Assembly: GCA_039630055.1 (NCBI GenBank) | Contig: JBCNVN010000014.1 | Location: 1-34,966 of the forward strand | Direction of reading: 5' to 3' | DNA length: 34,966 nucleotides | DNA from: Candidatus Caldarchaeales archaeon | GTDB lineage: Archaea > Thermoproteota > Nitrososphaeria_A > Caldarchaeales > Wolframiiraptoraceae | Shown here: in pieces, positions 19,894 through 29,100 of the stretch | Layout: each line of letters starts with the position of its first letter | Numbering within the stretch: position 1 is the first letter of the stretch | Notes under the pieces: model-generated | The model's input: only the letters and a program-made list of their open reading frames with translations | Told to the model about the DNA's origin: nothing | The model's database searches: none | Position numbers and translations under genes: made by a program

Positions 19894-20235
19894 TCTACCG
19901 ACTTGAGAGATGATATAAATATTTAGAAGAGTCCATTTTCTTTACTTCACGCATGATATCGGATTTCTTAGAGGGTGTAGAGTTAATCTAGAAACGTTTT
20001 TATTTTTCTAAAGGTTTTAAGGCTTGCGGGAAAACTCTTGTAAATCATAAAGATTTGTAGAGAAGTTTCACTAAAACCTTCTAATAGACTTGTCTCCATT
20101 ATGAGACAGAATATTATGTTCTAATAGTTAATCAATATGATAGTATAGAATATTTTTAGAAAACTATCGGATAGACGCTATATACAATTATCAAGTTTGA
20201 TAATTAACCAATGAACTTATTTATGGAGTCTTCAA

Positions 20236-22044
20236 TTATGAATCTTCTGATAATGGTATGGATTTAATGAATTCTGACTGGAAACTAAGCTCGGTTGCTA
20301 ACTCTACGTACTCTATTTGTTTAACTAGTTCTGTTGCCTCATCTCTGATCTTTTTTGAAAGAAGCATCATCTTAGCTCCCATACCTGCAGTGTTTCCGAC
20401 GAGCCTTACCTTATCCAAATCAAATTTTGGGAACATTCCTATCTTCATAGCAGATACAGGGTTGATGAAGAATCCAAATGTACCTGCAATGTATATTCTC
20501 TCAAGTTCCCCCTCATCCATCCTCACCTTCTTCAACAAGGTGTTGATACCTGTTCTAATAGCCGCTTTTGCAAGCTGTATCTCTCTTACATCTTTCTGAG
20601 TGATAACTATATCAACTCCTATCGTTGTCTCATCCCCATAAGCTATAACAAACTCAGGATATCCTTCCTCACCAATTCTCAGCCTTTTTGATCTCTCTTG
20701 ACAGAACTTCCCAGTTTTATCTATTATTCCTACATCATATAGTTCGGCGATTGTATCTATAACAGCCGACCCAGTCAGCCCCATCGGCTTTCCACCACCT
20801 ATCACAGTATAACTAACCTCACAATCATGGGATATCTCGACTCTATCTATTGCGCCTTTTGCAGCTCTCATCCCAAACTTTACATGTGCTCCCTCAAAGG
20901 CAGGTCCTGATGCTGTGGAACATGCTATGAATCTTCCATCAGTTCCGATTACTATCTCAGTATTGGTTCCTATATCTATTAGCATGGTTTTCAAACTTTC
21001 TCTATGGAGTCCCGTAGCAAGCATGTCGGCCACCACATCTGATCCTATGTAACCTGCGATTAATGGTGGTAGGAAGAGCCTTGCTCCAGTATTAACGTTT
21101 AACCCTATATCAGATGCTTTCACGTACATCTGCTCTTTTATGATCGGCGTATAGGGGAAGAAGGCAAGACTTCTAAGGTCTAGCCCTAGCAATGTGTGGT
21201 GCATAACGGTATTTCCTACCGCTACTACTTCGTAGATCTCATCTGGATGAACTCCAGCAAGACTACATGTCTTCTCGATCATAGTGTTTATCCCTTCAAT
21301 CACCTTCTTATTCAGATCTTCTACCCCATTCTTTATGGCATATGTTATCCTGGATACCACATCTTCACCATAAGCAGTCTGCGGGTTTATCTCAGCAGTT
21401 GCTGCCAAGGTCTTTCCATCGATTATGTCAACGAGATAACTTGCCAGCTTCGTTGTGCCGACATCTACCGCAAACCCCAAAACACGATCTTTACAACCTC
21501 TTACATCTAACACCTCTTTATCGTGTAATATTAAGCAAATCTTCTTTTCTTCATCCTCTAGAATCCTTGACAATCTTTTAATAGGCCATGCATCAAAGAC
21601 TAAATCTCTTGTAGGCAGATTATTTACAAGGCTTCTCAAGACAGAGTGGTTGCCCTTCTTCGAAACTAAGACTTCAATCTTTCTAATGAGCGGGTCGTGA
21701 ACCTCTTCAGCCAAATAGCCTTCAACCAATAATACATGCTCCAATGCTCTAGAGTCTGATGGTACATGTACAGTTACAGTTCCTTCACTCGATATCTTAC
21801 ATCTACATGCAAGTCTGAAGCCCTCCGACAACTTTCTCCAACCAAGTATTGATCTCTCCTCCTCAGTCGGATGCGTCAGAAGACTACTTCCATCAATTAT
21901 CTTGACCACGCATCTTCCACACGACGCTTTTCCACCACATGGCCCAAGAATATCTATTCCACCAATCCTAGCTATCTCGAGTAGATAGTCTCCTACATTG
22001 CACTCGACCTCTTTCGAATCTGGGACAAATCTCACAGTTGGCAT
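20236..22044 (-). CDS. ATP-dependent reductive activator of corrinoid proteins (RACo type; N-terminal 2Fe-2S plus ASKHA ATPase)
   Basis: CGGKASCGRC...RLAC ferredoxin motif, DVGTT, NPQ..YGEDVVSRI, DIGTNTE, GPAFEG, QLAKAAI, AGTFG. Start taken at MPTVRF (22044). Confidence 0.9.
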   Translation of the reverse strand: MPTVRFVPDSKEVECNVGDYLLEIARIGGIDILGPCGGKASCGRCVVKIIDGSSLLTHPTEEERSILGWRKLSEGFRLACRCKISSEGTVTVHVPSDSRALEHVLLVEGYLAEEVHDPLIRKIEVLVSKKGNHSVLRSLVNNLPTRDLVFDAWPIKRLSRILEDEEKKICLILHDKEVLDVRGCKDRVLGFAVDVGTTKLASYLVDIIDGKTLAATAEINPQTAYGEDVVSRITYAIKNGVEDLNKKVIEGINTMIEKTCSLAGVHPDEIYEVVAVGNTVMHHTLLGLDLRSLAFFPYTPIIKEQMYVKASDIGLNVNTGARLFLPPLIAGYIGSDVVADMLATGLHRESLKTMLIDIGTNTEIVIGTDGRFIACSTASGPAFEGAHVKFGMRAAKGAIDRVEISHDCEVSYTVIGGGKPMGLTGSAVIDTIAELYDVGIIDKTGKFCQERSKRLRIGEEGYPEFVIAYGDETTIGVDIVITQKDVREIQLAKAAIRTGINTLLKKVRMDEGELERIYIAGTFGFFINPVSAMKIGMFPKFDLDKVRLVGNTAGMGAKMMLLSKKIRDEATELVKQIEYVELATELSFQSEFIKSIPLSEDS

Positions 22045-22131
22045 CGATTTTCCACGACAAGAGATTAGCTTCCTCAACCATCTAAAAAGTTTTGCATAAA
22101 TCTTAAATCTTCTTAAATTATTTTTTAAGAT

Positions 22132-22821
22132 ATGTTGGAAGAAGTATCTGAGTATCTTGAGAAGTTGAAGAGTGCGATACTGAGTGGAGATTCTGACTCT
22201 GCTAGAGAAATAGCGAAGATTCTAAAGGAGAAGAATGTAAACCCTGTTGATGTCGTGAATAATGCGATAAAACCTGCGATGGACGAGATGGGTAAGAAAT
22301 ATGAGAACCTCGAAGTATTTCTCCCCGAGCTCGTATTAGCGGGGGAGGCTGCGCAAGAGGTTCTCGGAGTTCTTCTACCAAGAGAGATGGAGTCATCTTT
22401 TATCAAAGGAAAGGTCGTCATAGGGACGATCTACGGTGATATCCACGATATAGGTAAAAACATAGTCGCAGCAATGCTTCGAGCTAATGGATACAAGGTT
22501 ATCGACCTCGGTTACGATGTACCACCGAGAAACTTTGTCGAGACCGCCAAGAGAGAGGGTGCAAGGATAATTGGGATTTCTTGCTTGTTAACCCCATCCA
22601 TGTTCTATATGAGAGATGTTATAACTAGACTTATCGATGAAGGGATACGAGATAAGTTCTACGTCATCATAGGCGGTGCAGCCGTCTATCCTGGTTGGGC
22701 TAGGGAGATAGGTGCTGATGGCTGGGCGAAGGATGCCGAGAGGGCGGTCCATCTATGTGATACACTACTTGAGAAAGGTCACGAGTTACCTAAGCCCGTG
22801 ATACTTGGAGAATGGAGATAG
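22132..22821 (+). CDS. Methyltransferase cognate corrinoid (B12-binding) protein, MtaC/MtmC family
   Basis: FLPELV cap domain, GDIHDIGKNIV (DxHxxG cobalamin motif), IIGGA, IGADG. Confidence 0.92.
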   Translation: MLEEVSEYLEKLKSAILSGDSDSAREIAKILKEKNVNPVDVVNNAIKPAMDEMGKKYENLEVFLPELVLAGEAAQEVLGVLLPREMESSFIKGKVVIGTIYGDIHDIGKNIVAAMLRANGYKVIDLGYDVPPRNFVETAKREGARIIGISCLLTPSMFYMRDVITRLIDEGIRDKFYVIIGGAAVYPGWAREIGADGWAKDAERAVHLCDTLLEKGHELPKPVILGEWR

Positions 22822-22831
22822 GTGAACGTCC

Positions 22832-24214
22832 TTGGATCTCCTCTTCAATGTTCTAGATAAAACTTTAAGCGGACCCCCTATGGAAAAACGCGATTTTGAG
22901 TTAAAGCTTGTTCCGAGAATAACGAGAGAAGTTTTAAAAGAGCATGGTTTAGAGAGAACATTCGACCCTAACAACCCGATAAACACAGACTTGTCTCTTG
23001 CAAAAGACTTCTACAGAGCTGGCTATGACTTCGCTATTAGAGTTGGAATGTTCTGTCCAGACACTGGGAGGAGAGTTATCTTCACCGAGGAAGAGATAAA
23101 GCAAGCTCTCCGAGATGCGCCGAGAGAAGTTGTTCTCGGTTATGGAAAAGACAGTGTAGTCATAAGGAGTAGGAAGCCTGAGGATGGTATACCGCCAGTC
23201 GCAGAAGGCTCAGCACTAGGCATGGCGGTATCAGAAGAATACTTTATACCGCTCTGCATGAGCATTGCTCAGTACAAGGTAATAGACATAATACTTGCAC
23301 CTACTCTAGACAGGATAAATGGGAGAGAGATACGCGCGAGAACACCATACGAGACGATCATGGGGATGTATGAAGCGAAGTATGTAAAAGAAGCGTTAAG
23401 GAGGGTTGGGAGACCTGGTATGCCACTTCATGGTGTTGAAGGTGCACCAACCGAATACGCTTACATATCGGGTTTCCTGCCAGGAGGCTACGACCCCGAT
23501 AGGACTATTGGGATAGCCTTGATACCAGAACCGATAATACTCTCCTACCAGATAATGCACAGAGTGGTTACTAACCACCTGATAGGCTCACCGCTAGAGG
23601 CAGGCCATATGCTGAATATTGGAGGATACTTTGGGCCTACTGAAGGTGCTGTCGTAGGAGCTGTAGCAGCTCAGATACTCCAGACGGCCTCTATGTTCCC
23701 CACAGTCGTGGAAAGCACGATACTCGACGCTAGATTCTTCTCAAATACTAGTAGAGAAGCTTTGTGGGCGACGAGTACGAGTATGCAGGCGAGGACTCTG
23801 GGTAACCAGGTGATGAATCTCGGTATTACAAGTCAAGTGAGTGGACCATGCACAGACATGCTCCTATACGAGACCACCACGATAACCATCGCCGACTCAG
23901 TCTCAGGGGTCTCTATCGAGATAGGTACTAGACCTGCCGCGTGTAGGTATAAAGACCATGGTAGCGGCTTGGAGAATAAGTTCTTCGCCGAGGTCCTCAA
24001 ATCATCTGCCAAGAACCTAAAGCTCTCGGATGCGAATGAGATTGTAAAAGCGATACTTCCAAAGTATGAAGGTAGGTTGAGGGATCCACCTAAGGGGAAG
24101 AGCTTCGTAGAGTGTACAGATCTCAAGACTCTTCAACCAACGAGAGAGTGGTTGGAGATATATGAGAGAGTCTGGAGGGAGCTGGAGGACCTAGGGCTTC
24201 CAAGGTGGGAGTAA
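22832..24214 (+). CDS. mtmB: Monomethylamine:corrinoid methyltransferase homologue, non-pyrrolysine
   Basis: 460 aa with CPDTGRR..FTEEEI, TPYE, GRPGM, GPCTDM and PPKGKSF.EC.D motifs; no in-frame TAG. GGTGA ribosome-binding site before the TTG start. Confidence 0.85.
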   Translation: MDLLFNVLDKTLSGPPMEKRDFELKLVPRITREVLKEHGLERTFDPNNPINTDLSLAKDFYRAGYDFAIRVGMFCPDTGRRVIFTEEEIKQALRDAPREVVLGYGKDSVVIRSRKPEDGIPPVAEGSALGMAVSEEYFIPLCMSIAQYKVIDIILAPTLDRINGREIRARTPYETIMGMYEAKYVKEALRRVGRPGMPLHGVEGAPTEYAYISGFLPGGYDPDRTIGIALIPEPIILSYQIMHRVVTNHLIGSPLEAGHMLNIGGYFGPTEGAVVGAVAAQILQTASMFPTVVESTILDARFFSNTSREALWATSTSMQARTLGNQVMNLGITSQVSGPCTDMLLYETTTITIADSVSGVSIEIGTRPAACRYKDHGSGLENKFFAEVLKSSAKNLKLSDANEIVKAILPKYEGRLRDPPKGKSFVECTDLKTLQPTREWLEIYERVWRELEDLGLPRWE

Positions 24215-24215
24215 G

Positions 24216-25574
24216 ATGCGCTTCACCGACCTCGCGTACGATGCTCCAGAAGACTTGTTATTTGGTTTTGCTAAGCATCCTCTAGACTATGGCTTCGACC
24301 TATCTGTTGGTAGAGGAAGAGTTGTCCCAGAGGTAAAGTATTTATTGAAACCTGGGTTTGAGAGGGATAAGGAGCTTCTTCTTGAAGAGTATAAGAAGAC
24401 TACGATGGCGATTATGGAGAGGGTCGTTAACCTAGGTTTTAGAGAAGTCCAGCTAGATACCGAATTCGTTGAACCTATGGTTAGAAACGTAGAGTGGGGG
24501 GGCTCGGTGGTGAGAGAGCAGAAAGAGATCCTCCACAAGTACTATCTAGAGCACGGTGTGAAGTCGGCTCTGAGAGCAACCGTCGCCGATATTAGAAGGT
24601 TTGAGAGAGGCTTGAGGAGGGATGACTATGTCCAGATGATTCTAGAATCTCTTGAGCGCTCTGATGATGAGGGTGCAGACCTCTTATCAATAGAGTCGAG
24701 AGGTGGACAAGAAGTCTTCTCGTATTCGATCATGAGAAACGACTTATCCGGAATACTCTTCTCGTTAGCTATCTTAGCATCTAGAGATGTTAGATTCTTG
24801 TGGAGAGAGATAGTAAGTTTATCGAGAGACGCTATACCCGCTGGGGATACTGCATGCGCTCTAGCAAATAGTGCAATGGTCCTCGCGGACGGCCTCTTAA
24901 ATAGAAGGATACCCCACGTCTTATCCACTGTAATAAGAGCGATGTCAGCTGTCAGGACGCTTGCATGTTATGAAGAAGGTGCGAGGGGCCCTGGAAAAGA
25001 CTGTGCATACGAGAACGTTATCATCAAGGCGATAACCGGGTATCCGGTGAGTATGGAGGGGAAGACATCGGCTCCAGCGCACTCCAGCCTATTGGGGAAT
25101 ATCTCTGCAGCTGTATGTGACCTATGGTCAAATGAATCGATAACTGTAGACGATTTCTTTAGTGGAAAGAGCGTGGCCGCTATGTTGGAGATACTTTGCT
25201 ACGACGTCTCAGCCATGAATACGTCTATAACATTGAATCTGAATAGAGAACTCCAGAGAGTTCTCATAGAGTCTGATAAGTATAGAGATCCTCAAGCACT
25301 CATACTTTCTCCATACAATGCTCACAGAATTGCAAGAGCCATAGTATCTGAGAAGACTGATTATTACCGAGCGGTTGTAGCTGCGAATGAGGCAGTAAAG
25401 ATAATCGAAGAGAACATGGATAAGCTTAATTGTCCAGAAGCTGAGATAAGGTATCTCTCATTAATTAAGAAGTTCTTTGAGAATGTCCCTGAAGAAGAGA
25501 GATTTATCGAGGAGGCTGTTAAGAAGTACACTGAAAAAGTTCAGAGCTTTAAACTATCGAACTACGAGCTTTAA
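24216..25574 (+). CDS. mtaB: Methanol:corrinoid methyltransferase
   Basis: FTDLAY...FG.AK.P, LSIES.GG.EV, GDTAC..AN.AM, GPGKDCAYEN (Glu/Cys/Cys Zn ligands retained), EGKTSA.AHS, DLWSNES, DKYRDPQ. Confidence 0.9.
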   Translation: MRFTDLAYDAPEDLLFGFAKHPLDYGFDLSVGRGRVVPEVKYLLKPGFERDKELLLEEYKKTTMAIMERVVNLGFREVQLDTEFVEPMVRNVEWGGSVVREQKEILHKYYLEHGVKSALRATVADIRRFERGLRRDDYVQMILESLERSDDEGADLLSIESRGGQEVFSYSIMRNDLSGILFSLAILASRDVRFLWREIVSLSRDAIPAGDTACALANSAMVLADGLLNRRIPHVLSTVIRAMSAVRTLACYEEGARGPGKDCAYENVIIKAITGYPVSMEGKTSAPAHSSLLGNISAAVCDLWSNESITVDDFFSGKSVAAMLEILCYDVSAMNTSITLNLNRELQRVLIESDKYRDPQALILSPYNAHRIARAIVSEKTDYYRAVVAANEAVKIIEENMDKLNCPEAEIRYLSLIKKFFENVPEEERFIEEAVKKYTEKVQSFKLSNYEL

Positions 25575-25579
25575 CATCT

Positions 25580-26518
25580 CTATCTCATCTTCTTAAATGG
25601 CTTCGCTAGAGCTGCAGGCCCCTTCACTCTTCTTCCCGCTATAATCAAGACCACTATCGTGAGAAGATATGGTAGCATCAGAGAGAATTGATGTGGTAAG
25701 GATATTACTCCAGATGCTTGTATTCTAAGCTGGGCAGCATCTATAAAGCTGAATAGAAAACTTGCAGGTAATAATAGTAGAGGATTCCATCGAGCTAATA
25801 TGATGAGCGCGATGGCTATGTAGCCTCTCCCCTGCGTCATATTATCTAAAAACATGTTGTAGTAGGCTATAGAGAGCGTTGAGCCCGCTATCCCTACAAT
25901 GAAGCCTTCAAATACGAGGATGTAGGAGCGGATGAGATTTACATTTATCCCTAAGTAGTCTGCAACCTGAGGATCCTCTCCTATAGCTCTCGTCTTAAGT
26001 CCAAGTCTAGTCTTGAATAGGAGCCACCATACTAGTGGAACTAGTAGAAACGCTATATACGTATGTGGGATGTGATAGAAGACTGCCTCCCCTACGAGTG
26101 GGATCTCTGAGAGTACTGGTATCTCTATCGGTCTTATAGTCTCTTTAATATGAGGTGGCACTGGACTGACATACCATCCAAAACTAGCTCTGTATAGATA
26201 TGATGTCATACCGATGGTGAGCATATTCATTGCGAGACCAATGACCATCTGGTCTAGGGATAGGAAGACTGTTAAGAGAGCGAAGAGTAAGCACATAATG
26301 ATTCCCGCGGCACCTGCTGTGATAGTTGCGAACAGCAGGTCTCCCGTATAGTATGCGACCATGAAGGCGGTAAACGCACCCATGAGCATCGTCGCCTCAA
26401 TGCTTAGATTCAACAATCCACTCTTCTCAACTAATAGCTCTGCCGCCCCAGCGAGTAGTAGAGGAGTGAGGAGTATTATGCTAGAGTAGACTATCCCCGA
26501 TACCAGTTCACTTATCAT
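25580..26518 (-). CDS. Nucleoside/sugar (CUT2-type) ABC transporter permease
   Basis: EKSGLLNLSIE, RAIGEDP, GRGYIAIA, PAALAKPF; hydrophobic throughout. Confidence 0.9.
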   Translation of the reverse strand: MISELVSGIVYSSIILLTPLLLAGAAELLVEKSGLLNLSIEATMLMGAFTAFMVAYYTGDLLFATITAGAAGIIMCLLFALLTVFLSLDQMVIGLAMNMLTIGMTSYLYRASFGWYVSPVPPHIKETIRPIEIPVLSEIPLVGEAVFYHIPHTYIAFLLVPLVWWLLFKTRLGLKTRAIGEDPQVADYLGINVNLIRSYILVFEGFIVGIAGSTLSIAYYNMFLDNMTQGRGYIAIALIILARWNPLLLLPASFLFSFIDAAQLRIQASGVISLPHQFSLMLPYLLTIVVLIIAGRRVKGPAALAKPFKKMR

Positions 26519-27558
26519 TGCCTTAACCTCTCTAACAGCTTGGTCGCGAACTTCTCCTCCAAATAGTATCCAACCATTATGAAGATTATCATGATGGCTT
26601 GAATTATCCCCGCCATACCTACAGGTACATTCGCCATCCTATGCATCGTCATACTTCCATTTATTATGCCTCCTAGGAATATAGATGTCGCAGCGATCAG
26701 TACTGGGTTTAGATATCCTAGGAGTGCGACGGCTATTGCAGTGTAACCATAGGGTGAGATTGATGGCGATATCTCTAACCTCATCTTATGCTGTATCCCG
26801 AGTACCTCGATACCTCCTGCAACGCCTGCAAGAAAACCGCTAATCAACATGGATTGTATAATCAATCTTGTAACGTTTATCCCAGCGTATTCCGCGGTCT
26901 TTCTACCAGAGCCAAGTATCTCCAACTTCATACTGAAAGCTGTCCTCCTCAGAATAAAGTATATGATGGGGACTGTGAAGAATGCAAGTAGGATCCCCGC
27001 ATGGAACCTTGTACCTGGAAACAGTATCGGGATCCAGATCTGTTCTGGAAGGGTCGATGTCTCAGGAAATGATGAGACGGGATCTCTAAAAGGATTGTGG
27101 AGCAAGTAGCTAACAGTATAGATAGCGACATAGTTGAGCATCAACGTTGTTATAATCTCGTTTATACCGTAATGTGCTCTCAGGATCGCTGGAGGAAGAG
27201 CCCATGCTGCACCACCAACTCCAGCTGTTGCAAACAGTAAGAAGTATGCGAGCGGTTGTGGAAGATTTTGAGTGTAGAGTCCGAGGATCGCGGTTATAGT
27301 TGCACCTATGTAAAATTGTCCTTCTGCACCTATATTCCATATATGTGCTGTAAATGAGATCGCTAATCCTAAACCTATTAAGAGTAAGGGTGTTGCACGT
27401 ACAAATGTCTCTATGAGAGATGTTGCTGAGAATGCTCCGTAGAAGAGCCAGTAGTATGCTACTAGGGGGTTTACACCGGCAAGTAACAGTATTACTGACC
27501 CTACTAGGAAAGCTATACCTATAGTCATAGTTCCTAAGAAAGCCCGTATAATTATCAA
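26515..27558 (-). CDS. Nucleoside/sugar (CUT2-type) ABC transporter permease
   Basis: WNIGAEGQ, NEIITTLMLNY, AEYAGI, GYTAIAVALLG. Confidence 0.9.
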   Translation of the reverse strand: MIIIRAFLGTMTIGIAFLVGSVILLLAGVNPLVAYYWLFYGAFSATSLIETFVRATPLLLIGLGLAISFTAHIWNIGAEGQFYIGATITAILGLYTQNLPQPLAYFLLFATAGVGGAAWALPPAILRAHYGINEIITTLMLNYVAIYTVSYLLHNPFRDPVSSFPETSTLPEQIWIPILFPGTRFHAGILLAFFTVPIIYFILRRTAFSMKLEILGSGRKTAEYAGINVTRLIIQSMLISGFLAGVAGGIEVLGIQHKMRLEISPSISPYGYTAIAVALLGYLNPVLIAATSIFLGGIINGSMTMHRMANVPVGMAGIIQAIMIIFIMVGYYLEEKFATKLLERLRQ

Positions 27559-27566
27559 TGATCTCT

Positions 27567-29063
27567 CTACCGTGAAGATAAGCCGACCTCCGCGGCTAAC
27601 ATGTACATACCAATCCTGTTCGGGTCTACCTCACTCGCATTAAATATCCTCACTATTCTTCCATCTCTCATGACAGCAATCCTATCACATACCTCTAGTA
27701 CTTCATCTATGTCGTAAGATACGAGTAGTATGCCTACACCCATCGATGCAAGCTTAAGTAAGCTCCTCCTAACGTGGTAGGCTGATCTCACGTCTAAGCC
27801 AGCAGTAGGCTGCTCTGCTATCAAGAGCTCCGAACCCCTCATCAACTCTCTTCCTACTATAAGCTTCTGGATATTTCCACCTGAAAGATACTTTACCGGC
27901 AAGTTCGTATTCGGCGTTCTCACATCCATGAAATGTATTATTTTATTCGCGGTCTCTTCTATCTTTGAGAATCTCAGGATACCGTATTTCCCACTAAATT
28001 CCTCACGCTCAAAATCTCTCAGAACTGCATTCTTCATCACGCTTAGCGATGGGGCGACACCGATCTCCAAACGCTCTTCAGGGATATAGCTTGGGCTAGA
28101 GGAGCACCTATTGTTGATAAATATTATTTGACCTGATAACTGTTTTCTCAAACCAGTTATCGACTCGATAAGCTCTCTCTGCCCACTCCCTTCTACACCT
28201 ATCAAACCGAATATCTCTCCCTTGCGAACTTGGAACGATACTCCATTCACCTTTACCACACCTTGATCGTTTTTAACGACTAGGTCTCTCACAATGAGTA
28301 GTGGAGTCTCATACTCTTCACGTGGTTGTCTTAAAACTTCTGGCAAAAAGTGCTCACCAAGCATCATCTCAAGCAATACTCTCTCATCTTTTATCTCATC
28401 CCTCTTCAATGTAGATATCGTCTTCCCCTTTCTCATAACCGTAACCCTATCACAAACCCTCAATGCCTCCCTAATCTTATGAGTAATCAAGACAATGCCA
28501 TAACCTTCAGATGCAAGTTTCCTGAGCATATCCAGGAAGTTTTCAGCATCAGGTCCGCAGATTGAAGACGTAGGCTCATCGAATATCAGAATCCTCGCCT
28601 TCAAAAGCATCATCCTCATTATCTCGACTTTCTGCTTCTCTCCAACTGATAGAACGTGAACCGGCGACCTCAAGTCTACATTTAACCTAAGAAACCTAGA
28701 TATTCTCTCTATGTCTTTGAACAGTTTTTCTTTCTTTACGTCTTGACCTGTAAGACCGAGCATTAGGTTTTCCAAGACGGACATGCTCGGTATTAGTGTA
28801 AAGTGCTGATGTAGCATTCCTATACCATGCTTCATAGCGTGAGCTGGAGACTTGAACTCGACCCTCATTCCATCTACGTAGATGGATCCTGAAGTCGGTT
28901 TAAGACATCCACTCAGTATCTTCATAAGCGTAGTCTTTCCAGCCCCGTTCTCGCCTAAGAGTGCGTGGACCTCACCCTTCTCAACCTCAAAGTATGCGTT
29001 ATCTACAGCTACTGTTCCACCTGGATATATCTTTACTATGTTTTCAAGTCTGATTAACGACAT
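27567..29063 (-). CDS. CUT2-type ABC transporter ATP-binding protein (tandem ABC domains)
   Basis: GENGAGKT, LSVGEKQKVEI, IFDEPT; second domain LSGGNIQK, QPTAGLD. Confidence 0.93.
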   Translation of the reverse strand: MSLIRLENIVKIYPGGTVAVDNAYFEVEKGEVHALLGENGAGKTTLMKILSGCLKPTSGSIYVDGMRVEFKSPAHAMKHGIGMLHQHFTLIPSMSVLENLMLGLTGQDVKKEKLFKDIERISRFLRLNVDLRSPVHVLSVGEKQKVEIMRMMLLKARILIFDEPTSSICGPDAENFLDMLRKLASEGYGIVLITHKIREALRVCDRVTVMRKGKTISTLKRDEIKDERVLLEMMLGEHFLPEVLRQPREEYETPLLIVRDLVVKNDQGVVKVNGVSFQVRKGEIFGLIGVEGSGQRELIESITGLRKQLSGQIIFINNRCSSSPSYIPEERLEIGVAPSLSVMKNAVLRDFEREEFSGKYGILRFSKIEETANKIIHFMDVRTPNTNLPVKYLSGGNIQKLIVGRELMRGSELLIAEQPTAGLDVRSAYHVRRSLLKLASMGVGILLVSYDIDEVLEVCDRIAVMRDGRIVRIFNASEVDPNRIGMYMLAAEVGLSSR

Positions 29064-29070
29064 CTAGACT

Positions 29071-29091
29071 CCCCCGAAAAAATATGGGGGG
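29071..29091 (-). terminator. Intra-operon hairpin/T-tract between the binding-protein and ATPase genes
   Basis: Minus strand CCCCCC-ATATTTTTTC-GGGGG; the 3' arm overlaps the GGGGGAG ribosome-binding site of the ATPase gene. Confidence 0.45.
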
Positions 29092-29100
29092 TTAAAGAAT

